This document shows, one piece after another, positions 10,944-24,993 of a DNA stretch of 64,000 bases. Position numbers and translations under genes: made by a program. The stretch is from Octopus vulgaris. Its lineage: Eukaryota. The notes beneath the pieces were generated by a model that saw nothing but the letters and a program-made list of their open reading frames with translations, had not been told where the DNA came from and ran no database searches. The stretch's first letter is position 1, and each line of letters begins with the position of its first letter. The DNA is taken from contig OX597822.1 in NCBI GenBank assembly GCA_951406725.2, positions 13,950,001 to 14,014,000 on the forward strand, written 5' to 3'.

Positions 10944-11372
10944 TAAACACACATACACATAAATAACGAAGGAAAATAAAGAGTAAATAAAGTGCAAATA
11001 ACCCTTTAAGCACCCTATGTAAATAGAACCTGGTTAGCAAAATTGTCCAGCGAACATTACGGTAATTCACATACGTTGCTACATAGTTGTTAAAATAGAT
11101 GCAAACGGTGCGATCCGAATTTAATTACTTAAGAGTTTCGATGCATTTTTCACAGAGTATACTTGTGCATGTGTGGGTGGGTATTAACGGGTATGAGGTT
11201 AATGTACGTGAAATATGACGGCACTCGCTACCGATATGGTAGGGTATAATGGAATGTAATCAGTTGTTGTATGCAACAGGCAACTAATCGCTTCTTGCAG
11301 TGGTGTCATAATTACATAAAAATGCTCATCAGGCGCCCGAAAATACCTTTCCTACGCAATATACACACGGAA

Positions 11373-11431
<59 letters not shown>

Positions 11432-11589
11432 TATATGATAGGCCTCGATATGTATGTAGGAAGATCTACATACACACAAAACAAACACAGATAGATAGAT
11501 AGATTGACAGACAAACAGTTATTGTTTTAAATTATATATAAGGGTGCGTGCACAAATGTTACGTATTTTGTGTATATATAACACACATA

Positions 11590-11636
<47 letters not shown>

Positions 11637-11642
11637 GTGTGT

Positions 11643-11704
<62 letters not shown>

Positions 11705-11743
11705 TACATAATCAAAATAAGCAACAAGGATATCCAAGGTAGT

Positions 11744-11829
11744 GTAGTACAATTGTTTCATGCTACTTCATTTTATTAAACCCTGTAAGTATTACATCAG
11801 TTTTAAAATGTCGAGCAATCTTCAGCCAC
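11744..11829 (-). ncRNA. Hammerhead ribozyme, type I, homolog of 10193-10278
   Basis: Minus strand GTGG-CTGAAGA-tTGCT...AGCAt-GAAAC-AATT-GTA-CTAC, with compensatory changes relative to the first copy. Confidence 0.75.
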
Positions 11830-11939
11830 CATATAATCACCCCATTTGATTTATATGGATAATACCATACAAAATTCTGGTGCCTTTAACTTAAGTACTA
11901 TATTCATCTCAATCTAAATTTTGCTGTACATATATACAT

Positions 11940-11940
<1 letters not shown>

Positions 11941-12018
<78 letters not shown>

Positions 12019-12019
12019 T
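11941..12019. repeat. (GATA)n microsatellite
   Basis: Seen directly. Similar tracts at ~26320-26420, 33070-33125 and 39720-39857. Confidence 0.95.
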
Positions 12020-12392
12020 ATGAGAACGCCCACTCACGGGAAACAACTAATTCCTCGTATTTTTCATAAATACATGTATCTATTCCTACCAACACACAAC
12101 AAACTATAATAGAAATAATTGTGTGTGTGTGTGTATATACGCGCGAGCATGTGCGTATGGTTTTGTATGTGTATCTTGGGTGTAAATGCTTGTGGCTTAT
12201 GTTTTCGCGACTTCACCATCAATCTGTTATGTATATTTACCTATTTTTTAAAAAAAGAAATAGCCAAGCTGAAACTATAACAAGTACATCAATTATGGTG
12301 GTACCACGCCCTTCAAAGTTGTCCACCACATCAGTATCTCACGAGGCAGCAGCAACAATAGAAACTACAAGAATTTTGCAACAAATGATACC

Positions 12393-12472
<80 letters not shown>

Positions 12473-12566
12473 GACTATGTGCAACGGAATCTATATTCCA
12501 CTAGTATGCTAGTATGCAAAGCGCATCAGTACCAAAGGCAAGTGAGAAGAGGACGAGGGGGAGAGA

Positions 12567-12602
<36 letters not shown>

Positions 12603-12978
12603 CGACGACGACGACGATGATGATGATGATGATGATGACGACGACGACGACGACGATGACGACGACAGCGAAACGTTGATGGCGACGATGATGAAGGAAA
12701 CGAAGAAGAAAAAGAAGGAACCGTTGCAACGAAGGCAAAGATGGCGTAGAGTATTTAAGAATAATTGTAGACTCAAAAATACAGTCGGTACGATACACTA
12801 AAACCCTTCAAGGGTTGGGGGCTCTGCGTTACAGCAGCCTAATGTATGGTACGGTGTGTGTGTGTGTGTGTACAAATTTGAGAACACTTCTAATATGTTT
12901 GAGAGATATTTGAACGTATAAAATCATTTCGCTGCAGTTTATGAAGGGGAAAATAATCCTCGCTTAACTGCTTTAAGT

Positions 12979-13052
<74 letters not shown>

Positions 13053-13129
13053 ACCTATCTATATATCAATCTCTCTCTATCTATCTATCTATTTATCTAT
13101 CAATCAATCTATCTATCCATCTATCACAA

Positions 13130-13864
13130 GCATTCCCTCCAACAGAATATGCTGTGGTTTTTCTCAGGCGAGAAAAAATTATGCCAGGATCAGATGCTGA
13201 ACACACAGAACAACCGTTGGCTTGCCATGTCCCCTAAACACGTACCGAGAGTCCATAAAAATCAAACATCCACTCAACATCATGGTGTTTGGAGAGATCA
13301 CTAGTGATGGCGACGGTATGCCTCCATTCGTCTTCTCACACAGCTTCAGACTCAACACAGAGGCCTACATCAAGTGCCTGGAGGAGATAGTGCTGCCCTG
13401 GGTGAAGAGGGTAGCTGCTGGGAGACCCTATGTCTGGCAACAGTACTCTGCACTATGCCACACAAACAAGAGAACCCAGCCATGGCTACCAGACAATTTC
13501 TGCGATCACATCACCTCTGTCACCTAACTCCCCAGGCTGCAACCCCATTCATTATTATGTGTGGGCCGCAGTTGAGCAAGAGACCAACAAAACTCCTTGT
13601 AACACCAAAGATGAACTGAGGGCAACGATTATGGCAGCACTCATTAACTTAAACAGGGAGACCGTCCAGAAGAGTTGCAGGAGATTCCGAAGTTGCCTGG
13701 TGGCCATGGTTGAAACCAATGGCGATTTTATAGAATAAGTTTACTGTTTAGTAATTCAAGATATTTTCAAGTAATTTTGATAAAAAAATATATCTTAAAA
13801 TGAGATGTCAATGTTATTTTTTATTTTTGCGTAATTTAGATGACAGTTTATTCACCGTACACTG
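13130..13864 (+). mobile_element. Tc1/mariner-superfamily (maT/DD37D-like) transposon 3' remnant with decayed transposase
   Basis: MVFGEITSDG..PPFVF, VWQQ(Y)SA.CHT, PNSPGCNP..YYVW and RFRSCLVAMVETNGDFIE*. Ends in a TIR-like ...CACCGTACACTG followed by TA. Confidence 0.85.
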
Positions 13865-14387
13865 TACATACACACACACATACACACACATGCATACATA
13901 TGTATGTGTGTATGTCTATATGTATATACGCAGTAGACATACACACACTCATACATACATACATACATAATCCATACATACACACATATATACATACATG
14001 TATATATGTGTGTAGGGTGGTAGATAGGTGAGTAGGTAGGTAGGTAGGTAGGTAGGTAGGGATGAATTAGCTCATGGAACGCACTGCCAAGATAAGGGCG
14101 TCTGTATTAATATATGAACCATATATTCCCGTACATAAATCTACGTGCACGCACGCACACACACAAACACACACATACACACACACACACACACAAACAC
14201 ATGATACATATCCTCATATTCATTATTATTTTTTCTTTTTGTCTTTCTGTTCTTTGGCAAGGTTTTGCGCACACCGCTCCCCCCACCATTTTAAAATGCC
14301 AACACATCAAAGACGCTGAAAGTAGCAAAAAGAAAAAGAAGAAAGAAAGAAAATGAAGAAATTGAGAAATTAACTACACCAAAAATC

Positions 14388-14479
<92 letters not shown>

Positions 14480-15829
14480 CAAATAAAATGAAACAAACCC
14501 AACAATTACAGAAAAATATCACAAAATGCATTATCAAGTTGAGAGACCATCCATTTGATATTTTGTTTTGTTTTGTATTTTTCGTTGCTTATTTTGCAAA
14601 GAGCGTCGGTTGATATAAAATTAATTTTAGCAGGAAGTAGTTATAGTGTTTGTAAGGGCAACGAGCGTAAAAAATTGGTAAGCTGTCTAAATAGAAATAT
14701 GTTTTCTTACTTGAGATTACTGACATCTTGTTTGGTAAAACGAGTCTATAAGTAATGCGATGTTGCGTAGGAGATAGTGAAGGGCTCTTGCCTGGCTAGC
14801 AGCTTAGTAGGATTAGTAGATGCCTGGATGGATGGATGGATGGATGGACGGACGGACGGGCGGGCGGACGGGCGGACGGACGGACGGACGGACGGGCGGA
14901 CGGACGGACGGACGGACGGGCGGACGGACGGGCGGACGGACGGGCGGACGGACTGACGGACTGCAGAGAAGCTAGCTCGCTGCCTGCCTGGTTGACTGTA
15001 TAGATTTTGTAATAATGCATCTTAAGCTTGATAACTTGGATAGGTTTTGGCCAGTATAGGCCCAGGCCATGTCTAACTTAATAGCACCACCTGGTGAAGT
15101 CTTTTAGTCATTTATAGGGATTCATGGCTCACTCTAGCAAAGAGTTATTATTGTTGGAGACATATGCGGGTGTAGGAGGTTGGTCCGGGAGAAATTTGTC
15201 CAGAGAACTTTTGAATTTTATGGGATCTGTTTCCGTTAAGGATACGATAAACAAAAAGCAACTATTTCTACCATAGACAAAAGACCTGAAATTTGAGGGA
15301 AGGGCTATTCAGGAACTTATTTTATCGATCCCATGAAGGGACGGAATGCAAACTCAACCTCGGCAGAATTTGAACTGAGAACGTAAAACCAGAAGGAATG
15401 CCGTTAAGCATTTTGTTCGATGCGCTAACGGTTCTGCCAGCTCACTACCTTAATTATTTCCGTTAATCTAATATTTTTCTAATCACGATATAAACTCGGA
15501 TGTCAGGTTTAACGATTCAAATCTTTAATATAACGGTTTCAGGTTTTGGTACAAGGCTAGAAGTTTCTTGAGAGACGAACTTAGACGATTACTTCTACCC
15601 CAGTACTCAGTCGGTATTCATTTCATCGATCCGGAAAGAATAACGGACAAAGTCGATCTCGGCAGGATTTAGGTTGAGAATATAACGAGCCGGAAGAAAT
15701 GGCGCTAATCTCATGTTTGAAACAAGGTTAACAATGAAAGAGAATGGCAGACATAAGGAGAGACGTTTGAGTCTTAAAGAAGATGAAGCTATAATTGAAT
15801 CGAGATCCAGAGAACTGATTTCAGTAAAC

Positions 15830-16255
15830 TCAGCTGGGATTAAGAAGCTGGTTTTGCAATCACGTGATTTCGGGTTCAGTGTCACCAACCGAGATCTTGG
15901 CAACTGACTTCGACTATAACCTATACTGACCAATGAGTTGTAAGTGAATCTGGTACGCGGAAATTCTGTGTGAAGGCCCGTCATGTGTGAGTACGTGTGT
16001 GTGTCTGTATGTTGAGTGTGTGCGAGTGTGTGTGTGTGCGTGCGTGCGTCGCGTTTCTGTATTTGTCGACTCCATCGCTTGACAACGGGTTTCGGTTTCT
16101 TTTTGCTAGCGTAGCTTAGCGGTTCGGCAAAAAAGCCCGACAGAATAACTACCAGATTTTAAAACAAGTACCGGGTCGATTTGTTCGACTAAATCCATTC
16201 TAGGCACCCCCCCCATGGCTGCATTCCAATGACTGAAACAAGTAAAAGATAACAG
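15830..16255 (+). mobile_element. tRNA-derived SINE family 2, full length and diverged
   Basis: Head, GT-rich middle, TTAGCGGTTCGGCAAA and the CCCCCCATGGCTGCA..GACTGAAACAAGTAAAAGA tail. Confidence 0.75.
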
Positions 16256-16290
<35 letters not shown>

Positions 16291-16292
<2 letters not shown>

Positions 16293-16500
16293 CAAAATGT
16301 GACCGCGTGTGTATCGTTGGCGATTTTCTTTCTCCGTCTTCCCTTCTTTTGACTTTTTCTATATTTCTGATGAAGAGCTCAGCTCGAAACGTGAAGCCCT
16401 CTTTCTTTTCTTTCCTTTCCTTTCCTGAACGCCCAGTAACACAGTATTTGTTCCACGTCCTCACGTTCTTGTATTTTTCTTGCTTGTTCTTGATTGGATT

Positions 16501-16503
<3 letters not shown>
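16291..16503 (+). mobile_element. Penelope-related short element family A
   Basis: CTGATGA-A-GAGC tca GCTC-GAAAC-GTG at 16367-16393, flanked by (TA)n on both sides. Confidence 0.7.
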
Positions 16504-16554
<51 letters not shown>

Positions 16555-16558
<4 letters not shown>

Positions 16559-16960
16559 CAAAATGGGACAAGAACGCAAAACATTCAAATAGACGATACA
16601 AAAAACACGGACGGGTCATTCGAAGCCTCTAATCATCATTCAAGAACCGGATCATCCTCGCAATTTCGGCTGATTAATCATGAGATTGCTCCGATCTGGC
16701 CAGCCCCAAGGAAAAACTAAGCTACGAGCATTAGATTTCTTGGAAAAAGGATCGGATGTATACGAAACAAGGACAGAAAAACGGAAGATGTTACACGAAT
16801 ATAAATATAACAGGACATAACAACAGGCGTCTTTCGACTTAGACGAGTTGAACTTAGCTAGCGTATTTGAAAAATAATGCCTTACGGCAGACGAAGAATG
16901 CGATGTTATCGTGGCGCTGGTCCGAAGCGCAAAGGCCAGCGGTCACGTGAGAAGCGAAGA
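16555..16960 (-). mobile_element. Longer copy of the repeat at 184-314
   Basis: Direct similarity to 184-314. Its 3' end abuts (TA)n. Confidence 0.55.
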
Positions 16961-17895
16961 GAGAGAAAAAAGCGGCAAAGGAATTAAAGAGAGGGAGAAG
17001 AGAGAGAAAAAGAGGAACAAAGGTATTAAGGAGGGGAGAAGAGAGAGAAAAAAGGAATACATACATACATACATGCAATGATATTAGCGTATGCAGGCAC
17101 ATAGGCACCGACATATATATACAGTATATAGATTCATACATAGAAGTGCATATACAGATATATACTTAAATTTACATTTACATGTTCATGAATGCGTGTT
17201 CATATATGTATGAACGTAAGTGTGTAACGTGTTGCTATCAAACGTTGTTCGTTCTCCATAGCCTAATTTTTTGATACCAAAGCCAATTGCTTAATTGAGG
17301 CAATTATTAATAGCTTTCCAATTAAAATATATCTCTTTATTAATGTCTATTTGATCTCCTCTCATCACCATCACATCTCTATATATGCATAGATATGAAG
17401 CATCTGACAGAAACGACTCTTAATTATCAATGTGTTTACATTGTGCACACTGCTGGCAACTTTACAAGTCTGTTCAAAAAGAAACGCGTCTTTTTGACAA
17501 ACTTAACAAATATGTTATTGAATTTAATGCATAATCAGATTTGTCTCCTTCAAAATAATACTCTCCACTCTTGATAAGCTATCTTCAACTGTTTTGAAGT
17601 TTGGGGTTGAGTCCAGGAACGGGTTTTCAGGGACATTACACGCAGCTTTCGTAAATAAATTTCTTCGAGCACTTCTGTCGTCTTCTTTCCACTCTGAATG
17701 AAAGAGATTAGTGAATAAATTTCACAGGTTTTACCCCTTCGCAGGAACCAAATCTGTTGAGTAGGGCAGCTAGATCATGGTTGTCCTCTTGCATTTTGCG
17801 AAAACCCACTGAATAGTTGACGCTAGAGAAGCTGCGTTATTGCTGAGTTGCATGAATGTTTTGTTTGTGGCAAAGAAAACTTATCCTTACCACTA

Positions 17896-18198
17896 AGTGG
17901 AGGCACACGGCCTAGTTGTTAGAGCAGTGGACTCGCGGTCGAGGGTTCGCGGGTTCGAATCTCAGACCGGGCGATGCGTGTGTTTATGAGCGAAACACCT
18001 TAGCTCCACGTGACTCCGGCTGAAGGTAATGGCGAACTTCTGCTGACTCTTTCGCCACAACTTTTTCTCACTTTTACTTCCTGCTTCTAGCAGCTCACCT
18101 GCGACGAATCGGCGTCCCGTCCAGGTGGGGAACCTATACGCCAAGGAAACCGGGAAACCGGCCCTTATAAGCCAGGCGTGGCTCGAGAAGGAACAAAC
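17896..18198 (+). mobile_element. tRNA(Arg)-like SINE family 3, full length with 13-bp TSD
   Basis: A-box-like CGGCCTAGTTG, anticodon loop CT-CGC/TCG region and B box GGTTCGAATC. TSD atccttaccacta at 17883-17895 and 18199-18211. Confidence 0.88.
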
Positions 18199-18589
18199 AT
18201 CCTTACCACTACCAATTATCAAAAGCTTCTTATACATGCAGTTAAAACATTTTATTAACCGAATGATCACCAGGATCAAACTGAGAGCAAACGAAAATTT
18301 GCAATCACAAGACACGACCACCATCAGCTTCGTATTTGGGCGACTCCGATGAGTTTATTTATTTACCTATTTATATACTTTTTAACTTATTTATTGGTGC
18401 AGCGTCGACCATGCAGCACAATGCAGTTGGTATATTTTTGTCTCAATATCATAGCCGTAAATCCCTACTCCGCCTCTTGTTAAAAGGCTTTTCAGAAACC
18501 TTTCACCAACTTAATTCTGGAATAATGTTTGCCTCTCAAACCATCTTTCATGGGGCCGAAGAGATGACAGTTCAGTGACGATGATAGTC

Positions 18590-18834
18590 TATTGACGAGG
18601 AAGTGAAAACTGTAGTGAAGAAATGGCTCAAAGAAGAGTCAACAGAATTTTTCGGGTCTTGGATACATGCTCTCATTCGAAGGTGGAACATTGCTGTTGA
18701 GAGAAACGGTGACTATGTTGAGGAGTAGGGATGTAATCCACAGAGGACTTAATTTTGATGTATGATACATGTTCCTGTGTTGGTAATTATACCTGTCCTA
18801 AACAAAATGGCATTACTTTTTGACTCGCCCTCAT
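18590..18834 (+). mobile_element. mariner transposon 3' remnant
   Basis: Translates DEEVKTVVKKWLKEESTEFF..IHALIRRWNIAVERNGDYVEE*, a mariner transposase C-terminus. TIR-like TTACTTTTTGACTCGCCCTC follows. Confidence 0.8.
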
Positions 18835-19099
18835 AATTTCGCGTCACTCAGTTGTGGTTAGATTACACGTATTTTGTTCCCCCCTATGCGATCCGGCTTT
18901 ATATAGATTATTCTTTTCTACACTAGGCACAAGGTCCGAAATTTTTGGGGTGGGGGCCAGTCGATTAGATCGACTCCATTACGCAGTTGGTACTCAATTT
19001 ATCGACACCGAAAGGATGAAAGGCAAAGCCAACCGCGGCGGAATTTGAACCCAGATCGTAAAGACAGGACGTAAATTACGCAGCATGATTTTTAGTGCG

Positions 19100-19450
19100 G
19101 CCATTCTTTTTCGGAATTCTCAGGTTTAGCCAGGCCACGATATATTCTCATACGACAGCAGGCATTGACTCAATGTGATTGTCGTACCTTCTCGTAGAAG
19201 AGTGTTCAGATTCGTGATCGTCTTTGGCGGGGGTTCTTGCTGATTTGAAACGCTAATGCATTCATTAAACTGTATACTGCTGAGGGAAAAAAAAGGAAAA
19301 AAACTCCCCCAAAGGCCTCTTGCAACATCAGAAAACTTCTTTGCAAAATATTTTCCCAACTTTATACAAAAGTTTACGCAAGCGCATTGCCTTGCCAAAT
19401 CTTTCATTGGTCAACTCAAAACAAATGAACAAGTGCACTAAATATACGTC
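19100..19450 (-). mobile_element. mariner transposase N-terminal (HTH) remnant; its 3' end may be 17463-17860
   Basis: QCACVNFCIKLGK, then frameshifted MLQEAFG..RFKSARTPAKDD. Confidence 0.65.
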
Positions 19451-19649
19451 CACCGTAGCACAAGCAGATCGATGGTTAACACTGATACGTACATACACAC
19501 ATACATACACACATACATACATGCACACATACACAGATGCACACACGCACACATACGCGAGTTGTAAGTAGTCCACGCATTCACATACTTCGACTCAATC
19601 ACGAACAGCGTTTCTCCATTGTCGAAGATAACAGACGTATTGAATGAGC

Positions 19650-20080
19650 AACTGAGCTGACAAGAGTCAAAAGGAACAGCAAGCTAACAGCATACGTGAC
19701 GTTAGAGTCTACCGAGCGAGACTGAGTCCTCACCATGCTGCTGTATGGTTGAGAGATCTGGTACATTTACTTGCGACGAGGGTTGCATCTCAATGCTTTC
19801 TCACCTATGCAGCTTGAGGCGGATTCCGTAGTCTTCAACAATTAAGATCTGTACACACTCAGATATCCGGCCTCCTCAACCTAGTGCAACAACAGTAAAT
19901 CGCCTTTGGACCCGTAAAAGACCAACTGTATGGTGGACTGACGAACACAAGCTATCACCGTTTCAAAAATGTCAGTGACTGCTAAATCTCTGTACACGAA
20001 CGCTGAGGGTTTGGAGGACATTGCTGATGGTCGACCCCGCTAGAAACTAGAAATAGAGAACGGTTTCAGAAGACCTAAAC
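19650..20080 (+). mobile_element. Old, heavily decayed RTE LINE 3' fragment
   Basis: LTMLLYG*EIW, NAF-HLCSLRRI and KDQLYGGL match the RTE thumb and C-terminal motifs of the larger copy. Confidence 0.6.
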
Positions 20081-20580
20081 AGAGATTCAGGATTGCCGAA
20101 TCAACGCCCCCAACCCACAAAAAAAGCACCTGAAGAAGGCTGGTGGACAAAGCCTTTAAGTACAGTCAACTTCTTTATTAACCATGAGGTCGAGAAAAAG
20201 CAGGGACGATACGAAGACAGACAAAATAAACATTGGGGACAGGGGATCAAATGCGACGAAACGTATGAATAAACAATTAAAATATATTCAATTAAATGAG
20301 AATGAGTGATTTACATAAAATGAAGCAGAGGACACGGTCGACCCCACAAAACACATACTCACACTGAAGACTGCTTTTCTTTTCTTTGTTCTCGCTAAGA
20401 GAGTTTCTTTCACTCGCAACCCACTTGCCACAGACTTCACAGTCACTGTCACTCACACACAATCACAGCAGATGCTGTTCTACAAGCAAAACCAAAAGAA
20501 CACTTTCCAAGAGCAAACTCACGGAGCAGACTCGAGGTCTCGAAAGTGTAACGGATGCCTCCAGTCCGTGTGTGTCTGTC

Positions 20581-20611
<31 letters not shown>

Positions 20612-20770
20612 CTGTCTGTCTGTCTGTGTATATGTGTGTCTTTTTAAAGTGTTGACCTCCTTTTCGCATCAATAAATGGCGGCTGACCTTATATCACATG
20701 ACTGTCAACTTTATATAATTCACACGCACGTGTGCGCACGCTCATACGCTTACATTCCAACTTGGGCTTT

Positions 20771-20819
<49 letters not shown>

Positions 20820-21189
20820 GTAGCCAATATTCTGAATGTTTCTTAATTAATCATAATCAGCGGGTTCCGTTACGGGTGTACACGGAAGTAAATCGACATG
20901 TGATTAAATGTGGGTCATGTTTGTCACTTGGGAGGATGCAGGATGTGAAGGATATTTAGGACGGGTGAGAATTGTAGATTGACACCAGTTTCTAACCAGA
21001 AGCACTTATTGACTCTAAGAGAAAGGGAACGAAATGAAGAAGAAAAAACAACGAATATTTTTATCTATATCTCTTGTTTAATTTCTTTATTTTTTTTTAT
21101 TAATTTACATTTCCCGTTCATTGGGCTGCGACCATGTTGGGGCAACGCCTTCCAGGGTCTTAATTGATTATATTAACAAAAATAAATAA

Positions 21190-21424
21190 GTACCTATTTC
21201 TTTACTACCCACAAGGGGCTAAACACAGAGGGGACAAACAAGGACAGATATAGGTATTAAGTCGAATACATTGACTCCAGTGCGTGACTGGTACTTAATT
21301 TATCGACCCCGAAAGGATGAAAAGCAAAGTCCGCCTCGGCGGAATTTGAACTCACAACGTAACGACAGACGAAATACGGCTACGCATTTCGCCCGGCGTG
21401 CTAACGATTCTGCCAGCTCGCTAC
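21190..21424 (-). mobile_element. SINE family 1
   Basis: High similarity to 2129-2548. Other copies at ~15265-15450, 15550-15710, 18910-19070, 31283-31500, 35905-36020, 44345-44475, 52850-53160 and 56712-56880. Confidence 0.85.
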
Positions 21425-22063
21425 CGAGATCAATTCATTGGACTAAGGACTCTCAAAGGTCGTGCTCCAGCATGGCCGCAGTCTAATGACTGAAAGAAGT
21501 AAGAAATATCTGAAATAGGACAGCTTCTAACGTATAGGCCTGTATCAAAACCTAACATCGAAAAACAAAACAAAACCATGTGAAAATCGTCTCGCTGAAT
21601 CTTTGTGTTGTGTGTTGTTACCGACAGCGTTGTTTGTTTTAAGATATATTCATTCATTTACTGTTACTCGGGGAAAATATTTCATGTGTAAATTAACACA
21701 AACTTCTATTGTGTGAGACTTGTATTACAACTATAAAATTAAATTCCTGAAATATCCTATGTTTTGTGTGCGTAGCGCGCGCGCGTGTTTCCTTTTTATT
21801 CATTCATTCATTCTTTTTTTTTTTCTGTTTATGTTTTTACATACTTTCATAATGGCTGTGGACTACATTTGATCGGATATTTTGCAATATGTATTGTCGG
21901 ACGTCAAACACACGTGGTCCATCTCCCGCATTCAGACAAACACACACACATGCTAGCTCGCGCACACACTCGTGCATGCACACACACACACACACACGCA
22001 CACGCACACACAAACACAAACATATTATACACATGAATGGCTCTCACTCACAGGTCTATATAA

Positions 22064-22099
<36 letters not shown>

Positions 22100-23374
22100 A
22101 GGTATGTATTTATATATGTGTGTGTATGTATGCGTATGTATATATAAGTGTGTAACTATGAGTGCATACACACACAAGCATACTCACGCAGGCACACACC
22201 CATGCATTATATACCTACACATCCTTGTGTATGTGTGCATGTATATATGTGTGTGTGTGCATGTGTGTGTACGTGTGTGTATGTATATATTTATGTATGT
22301 AAAAGTGTTTAGATGAAGACTATTAATTTCACAGAAATAATAATAATAAAACAAAAAAAGCCATCAGATGCTGCGTTCTTTTGTTTCGTCTCAGTTCAGG
22401 CACAATGGAGAAACACGTGTACAATGAAAGACGTTCCAGCCATGGCAATCCCGTCTTATATTCTGAGATAGTTTATTTTATACAAGAGTATCGAATGTGC
22501 TCTGCGAAATTTTTTCTCAAGACATTAAGGTGTGGGCTGAGAGTGGTTTAGCTGCTATCTCTAGCAGTAGGTGCGACGGGGTAACAACTCAATTGGTGTT
22601 TCGTCATCGTCGTCGTCGCCACTGCCTTCGTGGTCCTTGCTGCAGTTGTGATACACGATCCCATTTGATTACTTTTTTTCCTCGATCCCTTTTGATCGAA
22701 ATTTTACATTTGTTTCCCTTTTATCCTTTTTCTTTTTCATTTTCGAAAAGAAAAGCTCAACATTTGTATTTGTCCCCTAAGTGTTCAGCCCTGTGTGGCC
22801 AATAAAGAAAGTTATTTAACCCCAGGTCAACACTGATGGGTTACTCCTATGGAGAAAATTATTTTATTTCTAATTCCAGTCTTTACGTGGTTTCCTCTCT
22901 TGTTTTCTCTTTTTTAATCTCCTGGTATGGTATTCCTAGAGTTATATTATTCAATGTAACCTTAGACAGGTTTCCCAAGAAAGTAGGGCAGGATATCAAG
23001 AAACTTTGGAAGGAGAATCTAGGGAACAGATGTTCGGAGATTTTGGTTTTTTTTTAGCTCCCTTTCGTGGATCACAAGTGCGTAAGAATTTCCAAAGATG
23101 AAGCATCTAAATGAAATAATGAATTTTAATTTTACACATCAGAGACAGGCAATACATATTTAATTACCGTTAGGATCTTAAAGATTCTACTATTTAGTTT
23201 TTATACTCTTGGGTTCTTTAAAAAAATATTTTATCAGTTGGAGGTTTCAAATTTAGATGATTGCTAAATTTCCCTTGCGGGCGAGGTGTTTTTTTTTTTT
23301 AATCGTGGACTTAGAGAATTTATCATTGGTCTACGTAGATTTGGAATGATCTGGGAACCAAATATTTTTCTTTC

Positions 23375-23640
23375 TTTTATAGCTCCAGCTGAAGAACTGC
23401 GGCCATGCTGGGGCACCTCCGTCAGTTTTGCTACGCTTTCACTACTTGCTGCATAACTCCTCCGATATGTAACATTTGGCTGATGAGGGTGTTTGATGTT
23501 TCTGCCCTCATCTGTGTTTCCTGCTGTAAGGTGGGTTCAGCCGGAACTCTAGACTGGAGAATATCCAGTTCTGTTTCAAAGACACCTACATCCACCACAT
23601 GTAGGTCTCTCAGGCTTATTGAGAGGATATTGAAGCGCTA
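23375..23640 (-). mobile_element. CR1/L2-like LINE 3' end
   Basis: Minus strand FNILSISLRDLHVVDVGVFETELDILQSRVPAEP...RAETSNTLISQ resembles the FN.LP..F...LD...VPDEP..RA.SNSL C-terminus, followed by tail GGTGCCCCAGCATGGCCGCAG. Confidence 0.65.
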
Positions 23641-24114
23641 TTTGGTTAAAAGGGAGAAAAATATTTCTCACGAATATTGTCCGATAATTAATGGATTTAG
23701 GAAAAAAAGTATTTCAAGGAAGCTGGTGATTATTTGGTAAAATGAAATAAATTTTGGTGCCGCGAGCGTTGGTGATGCCGGTGGAGAGGGATAATTCGCA
23801 CATATGGAGCAGAGCCGTTCTTGGAAGGATAAATAAAAAAGAAAATAATGTATTATTTACCTCGGCCATTAAATCTATAATTTGCAAAAGCACACAACCT
23901 CTCCCACCGACCCATACACATAAACATGATAAAGCGAAGAAAAACAGACCCACATGAAATATAATGATATGATTTCTATGTCAGTCTCTGAGAGTATACT
24001 CACACACATGTGTGTGTATGTATGTGTATACATATGAACGTGTATATTGTGTGTGTGTGTATGTGTGTATATATATGTATTTACATATATATACACATAT
24101 ATACACACACACAC

Positions 24115-24155
<41 letters not shown>

Positions 24156-24395
24156 TAAGCAAATATATTGACATAAATTTGACATACATATATCCACATC
24201 ACTAGATATGATATATTTACACAAATATATACATATTTATGTCTGTATGTGTGTGTATATATATATGTATGTATATGTGTGTGTATGTATGTATGTATAT
24301 ATATATATATACCTATCTTTATATATATGTGTATGTATATATATATATATACATGTGTGTGTATGTATATATATATATATATACATGTGTGTGTG

Positions 24396-24432
<37 letters not shown>

Positions 24433-24445
24433 GTGTGTGTGTATG

Positions 24446-24490
<45 letters not shown>

Positions 24491-24837
24491 TGCGTGTATA
24501 CATACATACATACATACATACTGTATGTGTTTTATACGATTGCGCGCTCTATTTCCGTTATTAACTTAGAATATTGAAACTATTATGGCCATTACTCTCG
24601 CCATTACTCAGGCTTTCACATCGGTTGGTTGTCTTAAGATGGTATTTCAAAGACTGTAAACTTTAAAAAATATATATCCAGCTCTCTCTATATTTTAACA
24701 TAAGAAAAAGAAAAACTAAACCCAAAATATATCAACTAAAAAATGCATACGTGAATAAATAAATACATACAAACATTGTTATATATGTATGCTTATGCTT
24801 ACATATATGTATGTGTGTGTGTATGTATATGTATATA

Positions 24838-24868
<31 letters not shown>

Positions 24869-24934
24869 TTGTGTGTGTGTGTATACATATATATATATAT
24901 ATGTGTGTGTGTGTACATACATATATATATATAT

Positions 24935-24993
<59 letters not shown>

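Noticed and set aside
12395-12800. Acidic poly-E/D ORF followed by a basic NLS-like stretch
   Set aside because: Built from adjacent GAA/GAC/GAT repeats, with no splice or homology support.
15083-15100. CTCF-like motif TCACCAGGTGGTGCT on the minus strand (also ~26180 and 33200)
   Set aside because: Imperfect short matches that are expected by chance in 64 kb.
17897-17975. tRNA gene
   Set aside because: The tRNA-like head continues into a SINE body with a TSD and has no proper acceptor stem. The same applies to 42988, 44781 and 60248.
20125-20170. CTGAAGA-AGGCT..AGCCT hammerhead-like start
   Set aside because: GAAA and stem III are absent. Similar incomplete matches at ~34630, 45625 and 46172 were also dropped.
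22840-23365. Possible decayed Penelope RT fragment
   Set aside because: Only a weak RP.I-like word was seen, too degraded to support a call.
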